From positions 128,001-192,000 of the forward strand of contig CAWAXX010000023.1 of NCBI GenBank assembly GCA_963786105.1: a DNA stretch of 64,000 nucleotides, in the 5' to 3' direction. Source of the DNA: Vulcanimicrobiota bacterium. GTDB taxonomy: Bacteria; Vulcanimicrobiota; Vulcanimicrobiia; Vulcanimicrobiales; Vulcanimicrobiaceae. This document shows, one piece after another, positions 1-8,832 of this stretch (its first letter is position 1; each line of letters opens with the position of its first letter). Both the position numbers and the translations under genes were made by a program. The notes beneath the pieces are model-generated. The model made no database searches. It saw only the letters and a program-made list of their open reading frames with translations, and had not been told where the DNA came from.

Positions 1-25
1 GGGACTTCATGCGCTGCTCCGGCCG

Positions 26-616
26 TTAGATCGGAGCTTGCACGTACGGAAACGTCGACGTGTTCATTTTGTCGTACGCGACGTTGTCCGTGGTGAGACA
101 CGGGGCTTCTTTGTGGTCGTCCGGAATGAGGCCGAGCGCCGACAGCGTGTTGCCGAACAGCGCTCCTAACGAGATGTCGATAACGTCGTCGGCAAGGGCT
201 CGACCGCCGAACTTGCTGCCGGTCGCGCCACCGGTCTCGTACCCGAGGTACGACGCGGCCGTCGTATCTTGCGACAAGTCGACCTTCATGACGTTGGGAT
301 AGAGCACGGCCTGCAGCGTCGCGGCCGTCTTCTCGCTACGGAAGTTCAGCGCAAACGATTTTATCTGCGACCGCAGCGTCGTATCGGCATATGGTTCGGA
401 GCGGTTCGTCGCGTCGTGACTGGCGAAGGCTTCGAACGCCTCTTTCACAGCCGGCCGCGAAAGCAGTTCGATCTGGGTGTATTTGGTCGAACCGGGCTGC
501 ATGGCCGGGCTCGTTGCGCCGCCGGGATTGAAACCGGCCGAGTTGGACGAGCAGCCGGCGATGATGATACCGACGGCGGCCGCGGCGCAGAGAGCGATGA
601 TGTAACGTGGTGTCAT
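26..616 (-). CDS. DUF4331-family lipoprotein (C-terminal-half type)
   Basis: Lipobox IAGC; QIELLSRPAVKE, GGRALADDVID and terminal FPYV motifs resemble the C-terminal part of DUF4331 proteins. Confidence 0.7.
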   Translation of the reverse strand: MTPRYIIALCAAAAVGIIIAGCSSNSAGFNPGGATSPAMQPGSTKYTQIELLSRPAVKEAFEAFASHDATNRSEPYADTTLRSQIKSFALNFRSEKTAATLQAVLYPNVMKVDLSQDTTAASYLGYETGGATGSKFGGRALADDVIDISLGALFGNTLSALGLIPDDHKEAPCLTTDNVAYDKMNTSTFPYVQAPI

Positions 617-628
617 GTGATTCTCCTC

Positions 629-1444
629 TTATTCCGCTTGTCCGTCGGAGGTGGCAGTTGTGGCCCAGAGTCCGATCACGCCGGGCGATCCGCTCCCGAC
701 CAGTTTTGATTTCGGCATCTCGATCACGATCGAAATGACGTTGTAGGGTGTGAGAAAATCGCGTGGTTTCGCGATGACGCAGTGATTGGATCCGGCCGTG
801 CCGTAATCGACGCCGTTGAGGACGATCGGCTGCGACTTCGTGGCGAAGCGGAACGACGTTGCGGTGGCAGGCGGCGGACTCGGCTGATTCTGGTAGTTTC
901 TATCGGGAACGATTTTGAAGAACTGCGCGAGATCGAAAAAGAACGGATCGCGCCGGGGACCGACGAACACCTTGATGCTGCCGTTATCGAGCGAACTGAC
1001 CTTTCCGAAGGCGAACTGACCCGTCTTTGCGACGGTCGTATTCTTCGTTCCGATTTCGTTGGGTTTAGCTGGGCCGTAGAGCGTGATTTTTTGATCCGTC
1101 CCGGTCTTGTTCGCGGTGAACTGCAGGACCGTACTCTCGCGGTAATTGCCGCTTGCAACGCCGCCGGCAATCTTGAACTGATAGAGCACGTTAGGGTCGA
1201 GCGCGATGCCTCCGGTCATGCCGGAGGGAATTAACGGGCGTACGTTCATCACCAGAGCGACTTTACCGGCGTCCTGCGGATCCGGAAAAGCGAAGACGTC
1301 GGTGACGTCGGCGAGGGGATTGGAAACGACGGTAGGCGAGTCTTGGTGATCGGATCCCCGCGCCGCTTTGAACGAGTATAGCGAAATCGAGAATGCGAGC
1401 AAGAAGACTGCTACCATTGGGATAGTAGCGCGAAGCAGTCTCAT
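629..1444 (-). CDS. DUF4331-family secreted protein (N-terminal-half type)
   Basis: Signal peptide, then SDHQDSP..ADVTDVFAF and VFVGPRRDPFFFDL motifs. Confidence 0.8.
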   Translation of the reverse strand: MRLLRATIPMVAVFLLAFSISLYSFKAARGSDHQDSPTVVSNPLADVTDVFAFPDPQDAGKVALVMNVRPLIPSGMTGGIALDPNVLYQFKIAGGVASGNYRESTVLQFTANKTGTDQKITLYGPAKPNEIGTKNTTVAKTGQFAFGKVSSLDNGSIKVFVGPRRDPFFFDLAQFFKIVPDRNYQNQPSPPPATATSFRFATKSQPIVLNGVDYGTAGSNHCVIAKPRDFLTPYNVISIVIEMPKSKLVGSGSPGVIGLWATTATSDGQAE

Positions 1445-1499
1445 GGGAACTCCTTTGGAATGGGTGAGCGGCTATTTGACCGCGGGATACGAGTGAGGG

Positions 1500-3020
1500 T
1501 CATGCCGTTTGCACTTTTTGCATACGGTACAGGGGTACGAGCGCGACGAGAACGATGAGGGCTAGAATGCATCCGACGACCGCGAACGGCGGCAGCGCCA
1601 CACCTTGGGCCGCAAGGCCCTGTGCCAGCATCGTCGCGCCGATGATCGAAATCACCGAGCCCGTGACGATAGGGGCAATCCGAGCGACGGCGGCAAATCC
1701 GCTGCGCCGTTGCAGCCACGTCGCGCCGCGTACGACCGCGAGCCCGAGCCCCGTGAGGATCGCCGCGAGGCCCAGGCTGAAGACGATGATGATGAAGAGC
1801 CCGTATCCGACCCGGTGAGCGTGCAGCGCCGTCAGCAGGACGACGATCGCGGCGGGGCACGGGGCAATCCCACCGCTCATCGCGGCGGCGACGGCGCTGG
1901 AGAAATGCAGCGGTTTCGTGCCCGGAATGACGTGCGCGTGCGCGTGTTCCGGTGCGTCGTGATCGTGATGGCGGTCACGACCGTGATGGCGATCGCCGGA
2001 ATGGCGGCCGGCGGACTCGTGCACGTGGGAGCCGGGCGTCGAACGGCCTAACGCGCGCGAAACGCTCCGCGCACCGATCGCTGCGACGACCATGCCGGAG
2101 ATCAGCGTAATCCAGGTAAAGATGGATTCCGGTGCAAAGCCGGCGACGAAGAAGAGCAGCAGCCCCAAGACGACGACGGCGACCGTGTGCGCAAAAGTCA
2201 GCGCCGCGGCCAGGATAAAGGCTTGTTTGAAGGTCGCACGCGCGCCGACCAGGGTGAACGCGAGCAAGGCTTTTCCATGACCGGGTTCGAGCCCGTGCAA
2301 CGCGCCGAGTCCGAACGCGGCCAGCACGGTGAGAAAGGCGAACAGCGGCGTTCCGTCGTTGCGGGCAAACAAGTCGGACAGCGCCGAGGAGCGCACCACC
2401 GAGGCTGCCCCCCACGGATCCGGCGTTTCGCCCGTTACCGCCGCCCGCGATATCCGGGCGTTTGCGAAATCGAATGACGCTCGATCGTTATGGCGAGGCG
2501 AACCGATCGACGCGTTGGGGTAGGATCGCAACCCATTCGTGGGATCTGGAATTCCGGGGAGAATGATGTCTCTCCATCCGACACGCCGGTCCGCGTACAC
2601 GCGATCTTCGATCGTGACGGTCGCGCGCGAAGGGATGGTCGCCGAGTACGTGCCGATCCAGTACAGCGTCGGCAAGCCGCCCGCACCGGGCCGCGTTATC
2701 GCGTAAGCGTTTCCCAGTACGAGCGAGACGGGCGCGCCGTTAGCCTCGATTGCGAGTCCTTCGGTAACGCGCGTCGCTTCATCGGCGATCCAGGCACGCA
2801 TTTGTGCGTTCGACCAATCCTCGCTCGCGTGCATGATCTGAAACGTCGGAATCTCGGCGATGTCGAGAACGTAGCGGATTCGGAGTTTGCCCGTATCCGG
2901 CGTTACGACGGCCAGATGGTTGATCGTAAAATTTCCGAGTGGGTGCGCTGCGACCCGGGCGGCGGTCAGCACGCAAAGTATCACCCACAGCGCGGCAAAC
3001 CGCGACCCTCGATTTATCAC
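1500..3020 (-). CDS. Nickel/cobalt transporter (RcnA/HoxN-like) with periplasmic N-terminal domain
   Basis: HPLGNFTINH start, GALHGLEPGHGK, His-rich loop, PCPAA motif. Confidence 0.85.
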   Translation of the reverse strand: MINRGSRFAALWVILCVLTAARVAAHPLGNFTINHLAVVTPDTGKLRIRYVLDIAEIPTFQIMHASEDWSNAQMRAWIADEATRVTEGLAIEANGAPVSLVLGNAYAITRPGAGGLPTLYWIGTYSATIPSRATVTIEDRVYADRRVGWRDIILPGIPDPTNGLRSYPNASIGSPRHNDRASFDFANARISRAAVTGETPDPWGAASVVRSSALSDLFARNDGTPLFAFLTVLAAFGLGALHGLEPGHGKALLAFTLVGARATFKQAFILAAALTFAHTVAVVVLGLLLFFVAGFAPESIFTWITLISGMVVAAIGARSVSRALGRSTPGSHVHESAGRHSGDRHHGRDRHHDHDAPEHAHAHVIPGTKPLHFSSAVAAAMSGGIAPCPAAIVVLLTALHAHRVGYGLFIIIVFSLGLAAILTGLGLAVVRGATWLQRRSGFAAVARIAPIVTGSVISIIGATMLAQGLAAQGVALPPFAVVGCILALIVLVALVPLYRMQKVQTA

Positions 3021-3134
3021 GTCGTTCCTCAGGCAGTCGTTGTAAAGCCTCGACGTATAGACGGCCGAAGGGCGCCCTTGGATTTAGCGTTCGAAAAAAA
3101 GTTTTTTGCACGCCGCACGAATCCAACCAACCGA

Positions 3135-4247
3135 ATGAAACTCTGGCAGATTCTCGCCGTCGTCGGCCTCGGAATCGCATACGGCGTCGTCGAGCCAGGC
3201 CGCTTCACGTATGCACTCGGCCATGCGACCTTGTACGTCTTCTTACCGCCGTTGCTCTTCGAGGCCGCTTGGAATCTCAATTACAAAGCGATCGTGCGGC
3301 AGTGGCCGGCGATCGCGACGTTGGCCGGACCCGGGGTGGTGTTGACCGCGCTGATCGTCGCCGGGGCGCTCGCCGTCGTGCGCGTTCCGTTCGGTCCCGG
3401 TTTATTGGCCGGTGCGATCCTGTCCGCCACCGATCCCATTGCAGTAGTAGCCGTGTTCCGGCGAATTCGCGTGCCGAAAACGCTGGCGACGATCGTCGAG
3501 TGCGAATCGCTCTTCAACGATGCCGTCGCCGTCATGCTCTATCGAATCGTTCTCGCAGCACTCGCCTTGGGGGCGGTCGGCCCGGGCCTCATCGGCCGCG
3601 TCGTCGTGCAAGGCGCGGCCGGAGCGTTCGGCGGCGTCGCCTGCGGCGTGGCGATCGCCTTCCTCGCCGCTCGCGCGTTGAGAGGGCGCCAAGACGTCGC
3701 GTTGCAGATCGCCACTACCTCGGTCGTAGCCTACGGTGCCTACTTTGCTGCCGATGCCTTGTCGCTCTCAGGCATCTTTGCGAGCATCGCCGGCGGCATC
3801 GCGCTTCGCTACTACGAGCGCCGATGGATCACGCTGAGCATTGCTGAGGACGTCAACCGATTCTGGGATTTGGCCGCGCTCGTCGCCAACGTGCTGGTCT
3901 TTTTCTTAGTGGGGGCGGCGTTGCAAGTCGGCGAATTGGCGCGCGAGCCGGCCTTCGTGATTGCGGCGCTGGTGGCGATCGCCGTCTCGCGCGTCGTCGT
4001 CGCAGGATTGCTGTTACCGGCCGGCTATCCGCGTGCCTGGCTCGACGTTATCCGGCTCGCCGGAATGCGCGGCGCCCTTTCGCTGGCGCTGGCGCTGGCG
4101 CTTCCATCAAGCGTTCCGTATCGTCAGGCCATCATCGATGCAACGTTCGCCGTCGCGCTGGCGACGCTCGCCGCGAGCAGTCTTACCGTTGCGCGCGTCG
4201 TGCGCCGAGCGGGGCGCGCGTCAGAACGTCCGTCCTTGATGCAGTAG
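3135..4247 (+). CDS. CPA1-family cation/H+ antiporter (NhaP-like)
   Basis: FLPPLLFEAA, SATDPIAV, ESLFNDA and GMRGALSLALAL motifs; start taken at ATG 3135 rather than the ORF-track 2490. Confidence 0.88.
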   Translation: MKLWQILAVVGLGIAYGVVEPGRFTYALGHATLYVFLPPLLFEAAWNLNYKAIVRQWPAIATLAGPGVVLTALIVAGALAVVRVPFGPGLLAGAILSATDPIAVVAVFRRIRVPKTLATIVECESLFNDAVAVMLYRIVLAALALGAVGPGLIGRVVVQGAAGAFGGVACGVAIAFLAARALRGRQDVALQIATTSVVAYGAYFAADALSLSGIFASIAGGIALRYYERRWITLSIAEDVNRFWDLAALVANVLVFFLVGAALQVGELAREPAFVIAALVAIAVSRVVVAGLLLPAGYPRAWLDVIRLAGMRGALSLALALALPSSVPYRQAIIDATFAVALATLAASSLTVARVVRRAGRASERPSLMQ

Positions 4248-5912
4248 CACTTGTTCGGCGATCGGACCGAGACCGTCGGCCGGCAAAAACGTGAGCGCTC
4301 CGACGAGCAGGATCACCGCGATCAGCAATACCCCAAAGAGCAGGTTGTCGGTGCGGAACGTTCCCGCCGGCTTGGTATTCGTCGGGCGTCGCGCGAGCGC
4401 TGCGGCGAGCGCGAGCGTGGGAACCATCACCAGGAAGCGCCCGCCGAGCATCACGATTCCGGTCGTAATCTCGTAAAAGAGGTTCGGTCCGAGGCCCGCG
4501 AATGCGGAGCCGTTTTGCGTTGCGGTCGAGGAGAACGCATACAGGATCTCCGAGAATCCATGCGGCCCGGCGTTGCCGAGCGTGGAGAGACCGGCGGGAA
4601 GAACGGCGGCGATTGCAACCGGAATGAGGACGAGGACCGTAAACATGAGCACGGCGAGCATCGCGAACTGTATCTTGCGGCGTTCGATCTTCTTTCCGAG
4701 ATACTCCGGCGTGCGGCCGACCAGCAGCCCGCAAATGAAGACCGTAAGTACGGCGAACACGAGCATGCCGTACAACCCGCTGCCGACGCCGCCGAACACG
4801 ATCTCGGAGAACTGAAGATTGAGCATGGCCAGCAATCTCGCGATCGGCGTCAACGAATCGAAGGTGAAGTTCGAAGAGCCCGTACCGGAGTCGGTGGCAA
4901 CGGCCAGCGATAGTCCGGCATTCTCGATGCCGAATCGCGCTTCTTTGCCCTCGAAGTTACCGCCGCCGACGCCAAGCGCGTGAACCAGCGGGTTGCCGGC
5001 CTGTTCGGCAAGCTGCGCGCCCGCGAACGATGCCGCCACAAGAACGATCATAACGCACAGCAGGACGGTTCCGGCGCGCGGTTTACCCACCATGCGCCCG
5101 AAGAGCGGCGGAAAAGCGGCGGGGATAATCCAAATCGCGAGCAGTTCGAGGAAGTTGGAAATGCCCGTCGGGTTTTCGTTGGGAGACGACGAGTTCGCGT
5201 TGACGAATCCACCCCCGTTACCGCCCAAGAGTTTCGGAGCCTCCTGCGAAGCCATCGGACCGCCCGTGATGCTCGCAACGAAACGTTCGGCATTGGTGGC
5301 CGCTACGTACCGCGAGAAGTTCTGTGGGATTCCTTGCGACGCGAACGCGAACGCGGACACGACGCACAGCGGAAGAAGCACGTACAGGAGGCCGCGCACG
5401 ACGTCGACCCAGAAGTTCCCCAGCGTTTTGCGCGAGCTTCGTGCGAAGCCCCGAATGACGGCTACGCCGACCGCAAGTCCGATGGCACCGGCGACGAAAT
5501 TTTGCCAAGCCATTCCTGCCATTTGAGCCAGGTAGCTGTGAGCGTTCTCTCCGGCGAAAAATTGCCAGTCCGTGGTGGTTGCGAAGCTGACGGCGGCGTT
5601 CCACGCGAGGTCGGGCGATATGTTGGGAAAGTGCTGCGGATTGAGCGGCAGCCACGCCTGCGTGCGTAGAATGACGTAGAGCACGGCTGTGCCGGCCATA
5701 GAGAGGGCGATCGCGCTCAAGGCGTATTCGCTCCAAGCCATTTCAACGTCGGGATCGATTCCGCACAAGCGGTAGATGACGCGCTCCAAAGGCTGGAGAG
5801 CCGGGCTCAACCAGGTTTGACGCCCCTCAAAGACTGCTTGCATGTGCCTGGCGAGCGGGTGCGCGAGCAGCAACACCACCGCGAGAAGGATCGACGCGTT
5901 AAGCCAGGCCAT
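4221..5912 (-). CDS. kdpA: KdpA paralogue (orphan, divergent selectivity filter)
   Basis: Colinear over its full length with 7131..8831; [22 protein letters not shown] motifs. Confidence 0.9.
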   Translation of the reverse strand: MAWLNASILLAVVLLLAHPLARHMQAVFEGRQTWLSPALQPLERVIYRLCGIDPDVEMAWSEYALSAIALSMAGTAVLYVILRTQAWLPLNPQHFPNISPDLAWNAAVSFATTTDWQFFAGENAHSYLAQMAGMAWQNFVAGAIGLAVGVAVIRGFARSSRKTLGNFWVDVVRGLLYVLLPLCVVSAFAFASQGIPQNFSRYVAATNAERFVASITGGPMASQEAPKLLGGNGGGFVNANSSSPNENPTGISNFLELLAIWIIPAAFPPLFGRMVGKPRAGTVLLCVMIVLVAASFAGAQLAEQAGNPLVHALGVGGGNFEGKEARFGIENAGLSLAVATDSGTGSSNFTFDSLTPIARLLAMLNLQFSEIVFGGVGSGLYGMLVFAVLTVFICGLLVGRTPEYLGKKIERRKIQFAMLAVLMFTVLVLIPVAIAAVLPAGLSTLGNAGPHGFSEILYAFSSTATQNGSAFAGLGPNLFYEITTGIVMLGGRFLVMVPTLALAAALARRPTNTKPAGTFRTDNLLFGVLLIAVILLVGALTFLPADGLGPIAEQVLLHQGRTF

Positions 5913-5931
5913 CGCGACGAGACTCCTTCGA

Positions 5932-6807
5932 TCAGTTCATGAACGACAGGCCGGCGCCGACGTAGTGTTGCTGTTGACCGTTTATCACCGTCGGCGAAAA
6001 GCCGTATTCCACGTCGAACTGTACGTGCGGGCCGAAATCGCGCTGATATACGAAATCGAAGAAACTCTTGGAACCTAGGTTCGGCCCGGCCTGTGAGAAG
6101 TAGGCGTACTCGGCACTGATTTGCGACGGACCGCCGGGCAGGGCGGCGCTCAGCTCGAGCGTCGGCGTGAACGCAAAGTATGACTGCGGAACGCCGCCGC
6201 TGTTAAATGCGCTGAACGCGTTGAAGCCGAGGGTGCCCGACAACGCAAACTCGGAGTTGATCGTATAGGCCCAGTTGAAGTTTCCAGTATATTGGGCGTT
6301 GCCCGCGCTAAATGCGGTGGCACCCGTCGGAATCGTCACGACCGCGTTGACTCCCCAGTCGGCCTTCGACGTGTAGCCGAGCTCGTACTTTGCGCCGATG
6401 CTCAAATCGCTCATTCCGCCTACGGCAACCCCGCCGACGGACGAGCGATTTTCGGTAATCGGACCGACCTCGAAATCGAGGTGGTTGTCGTAGGTTCCGA
6501 CTCGAATCAGCGACTGAGGATAGGCGGACGTATTGCCTCCGCCGGAGCCCGTCGTAACCGTGTTCGTGTAACCATTCTCAATAGCGAAGTGGCCGGAGCG
6601 CACCGTGCAAACGCCGGTACCGAAGGTTGGCCGATTGATGATGGAGAGAATCGATCCGCACGGATCGCTCGGTGCAGACGGGGTGGCCGTCGGAGCGGGC
6701 GACGGTGCCGGAGTGGCCGGCATGGGCTGCGCGTTGGCCGAGACGGCCATCAGTGCCGGCGTTCCAAGAAAAAAGGCTAGTGCGAGGACGTGTCCGGCGG
6801 CGATCAT
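5932..6807 (-). CDS. Secreted putative outer-membrane beta-barrel protein (MetA-pathway/'transporter' family-like)
   Basis: Signal peptide, NRPTF motif, alternating amphipathic strands, C-terminal YVGAGLSF. Confidence 0.6.
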   Translation of the reverse strand: MIAAGHVLALAFFLGTPALMAVSANAQPMPATPAPSPAPTATPSAPSDPCGSILSIINRPTFGTGVCTVRSGHFAIENGYTNTVTTGSGGGNTSAYPQSLIRVGTYDNHLDFEVGPITENRSSVGGVAVGGMSDLSIGAKYELGYTSKADWGVNAVVTIPTGATAFSAGNAQYTGNFNWAYTINSEFALSGTLGFNAFSAFNSGGVPQSYFAFTPTLELSAALPGGPSQISAEYAYFSQAGPNLGSKSFFDFVYQRDFGPHVQFDVEYGFSPTVINGQQQHYVGAGLSFMN

Positions 6808-6868
6808 GGTTCGGCTCCAAAAAAGACGGCTTGGCGTGGATATCCTACCTCAGCTTAGCTTCCTGTCA

Positions 6869-6894
6869 ATCATCCATTCGGATCATCCGTTCGG
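6869..6894. promoter_or_regulatory. Tandem 13-bp repeat, candidate response-regulator operator
   Basis: ATCATCCATTCGG-ATCATCCGTTCGG in the divergent promoter region, upstream of a TATCCT -10-like hexamer (6923-6928). Confidence 0.4.
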
Positions 6895-6937
6895 CGGATG
6901 GCACGAGCGAGGGCGGGCGACGTATCCTGAGAACGTC

Positions 6938-7021
6938 ATGATTGAGATCGGAGTCATCGTCCTTTCGGTTGTCTGTTTCATCGTTCTCGATTTATACGTA
7001 CTCGGATGCGAGAAGGTGTAG
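6938..7021 (+). CDS. 27-aa single-TM peptide upstream of kdpF
   Basis: MIEIGVIVLSVVCFIVLDLYVLGCEKV*; ends 4 nt before kdpF. Confidence 0.7.
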   Translation: MIEIGVIVLSVVCFIVLDLYVLGCEKV

Positions 7022-7025
7022 GCAC

Positions 7026-7115
7026 GTGCCATTCGACGACGTGCTGGGACTCGTACTTACCATCGCCGGCCTCGCGTATCTCGTATTTGCGATGCTGCGT
7101 CCCGAGAAGTTCTAA
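7026..7115 (+). CDS. kdpF: K+-transporting ATPase subunit F
   Basis: GTG start; MPFDDVLGLVLTIAGLAYLVFAMLRPEKF* with the signature YLxxAxLRPEKF; too short for the ORF track. Confidence 0.92.
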   Translation: MPFDDVLGLVLTIAGLAYLVFAMLRPEKF

Positions 7116-7130
7116 GAGCAGGAATCCACT

Positions 7131-8831
7131 ATGACCGCTATCGGCTGGCTGCAAGCCATCGTGTTCTTTCTGATCGTCTTGGCGCTGACCAAGCCGATCG
7201 GTCTCTACATGGTGCGCGTTTTCGAGGGGCAGCGGACGTGGCTTTCGCCGGTACTGCGGCCGATCGAGTCGCTCGTCTACCGGCTGAGCGGCGTGCGCGA
7301 GGACGAGGAGATGCCGTGGTACGCCTACGCACTCTCGATGCTCGCGTTCTCGGCGATCGGACTGGTCTATCTGTACGTGCTCCTGCGCACGCAGAAGTGG
7401 CTGCCGTTCAATCCTGCGCACCTCGACAATATGGCGCCGGACCTCGCCTGGAATACGGCTATCAGCTTTCTCACGAACACGAACTGGCAGTTCTACTCCG
7501 GCGAGAGCACCATGAGCTATCTATCGCAGATGGCCGGGTTGGCATGGCACAACTTCGTGTCGGCGGCCGTGGGCATCGCGATCGCCGTGGCGATCGTGCG
7601 CGGCCTGGTGCGGACTAACATCAAGACGTTGGGCAATTTCTGGGTCGACCTGACGCGTTGCTCGCTTTATATCCTTTTGCCGATCTCGATCGTCGTCGGC
7701 CTCTTTTTGGTCTCGCAGGGCGTCCCGCAGAATTTCCACGCGTACCAAGACGCCAAATCGATCGAGGGCTTCGCCCAATCGATCACGGGCGGTCCGATGG
7801 CTTCGCAAGAGGTCATCAAGGAGCTCGGAACCAACGGCGGTGGGTTCGTGAACGCGAACTCCGCGTCGCCGAACGAAAATCCGAATCCGTTGACCAATCT
7901 GGTCGAGCTCGTGCTCATTTTTTGCTTGGGCGCCGGACTGACGTACATGTACGGCAAGATGGTAAAAGACACGCGCCAAGGGTGGGCGATCTTTTCGGCA
8001 ATGGCGATCGTCTTTTTCGTTGGATTTGCCACGGCGTATTGGGCCGAAGCGGCGGGCAACCCGATCGTCCACCATCTTGGTGTCGCCGGCGGAAACCTGG
8101 AGGGGAAAGAGTGCCGGTTCGGTGTGCCGGCGTCGGCGCTTTTTGCAACGGTTACAACCGACACGTCGTGCGGCGCCGTCAACGCGATGCACGACTCATT
8201 CATGCCGCTCGGCGGCCTCGTGCCGCTGGTCAACATGCAACTCGGTGAAATTATTTACGGCGGCGTGGGCAGCGGTCTGTACGGCATGATCGTCTTCGTC
8301 GTGTTGACGGTGTTCATCGCCGGCTTGATGGTCGGGCGCACCCCGGAGTATCTCGGGAAGAAGATCGAACGCCGCGAGGTGCAGTTCGCGATCCTCGCGG
8401 TCTTGGTCACGCCGGTGCTCTGCCTGGTGCCTACGGCCATTGCGGCCATCGTCCCGGTCGGCATCGCGACGCTGAACAACGCGGGCCCGCACGGTTTCTC
8501 GGAAATTCTCTACGCATTCACATCGACCAATGCGAACAACGGCTCGGCCTTTGCCGGCCTGGGCCCAAATCTGTTCTACAATTTGATGACCGGGGTGAAT
8601 ATGGTATTCGGACGATTTACGGTCGCCATTCCGGCACTGGCCCTGGCGGGAGCGCTCGCCGGTAAGAAGGCCGTGCCCGAAGGCGTCGGCACGTTCACGA
8701 CCCACTCGCCGATCTTCGTCGCGCTACTCATCGGCGTCATCGTCATCGTCGGGGCGCTCACGTTCCTGCCGGCCGACGCGCTCGGCCCGATCGTCGAACA
8801 TCTCTTCGTGCTTCAAGGAAGAACTTTCTAG
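7131..8831 (+). CDS. kdpA: K+-transporting ATPase subunit A
   Basis: Canonical filter motifs TNTNWQ, GTNGGG, SCGAVN, NNGSAF. Confidence 0.97.
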   Translation: MTAIGWLQAIVFFLIVLALTKPIGLYMVRVFEGQRTWLSPVLRPIESLVYRLSGVREDEEMPWYAYALSMLAFSAIGLVYLYVLLRTQKWLPFNPAHLDNMAPDLAWNTAISFLTNTNWQFYSGESTMSYLSQMAGLAWHNFVSAAVGIAIAVAIVRGLVRTNIKTLGNFWVDLTRCSLYILLPISIVVGLFLVSQGVPQNFHAYQDAKSIEGFAQSITGGPMASQEVIKELGTNGGGFVNANSASPNENPNPLTNLVELVLIFCLGAGLTYMYGKMVKDTRQGWAIFSAMAIVFFVGFATAYWAEAAGNPIVHHLGVAGGNLEGKECRFGVPASALFATVTTDTSCGAVNAMHDSFMPLGGLVPLVNMQLGEIIYGGVGSGLYGMIVFVVLTVFIAGLMVGRTPEYLGKKIERREVQFAILAVLVTPVLCLVPTAIAAIVPVGIATLNNAGPHGFSEILYAFTSTNANNGSAFAGLGPNLFYNLMTGVNMVFGRFTVAIPALALAGALAGKKAVPEGVGTFTTHSPIFVALLIGVIVIVGALTFLPADALGPIVEHLFVLQGRTF

Positions 8832-8832
8832 T

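Noticed and set aside
2490..3134. N-terminal 215 aa of the 585-aa ORF
   Set aside because: Antisense to the Ni/Co transporter; antiporter homology starts at ATG 3135.
6808..6937. c-di-AMP (ydaO) riboswitch upstream of kdp
   Set aside because: No consensus elements seen, and the leader appears too short.
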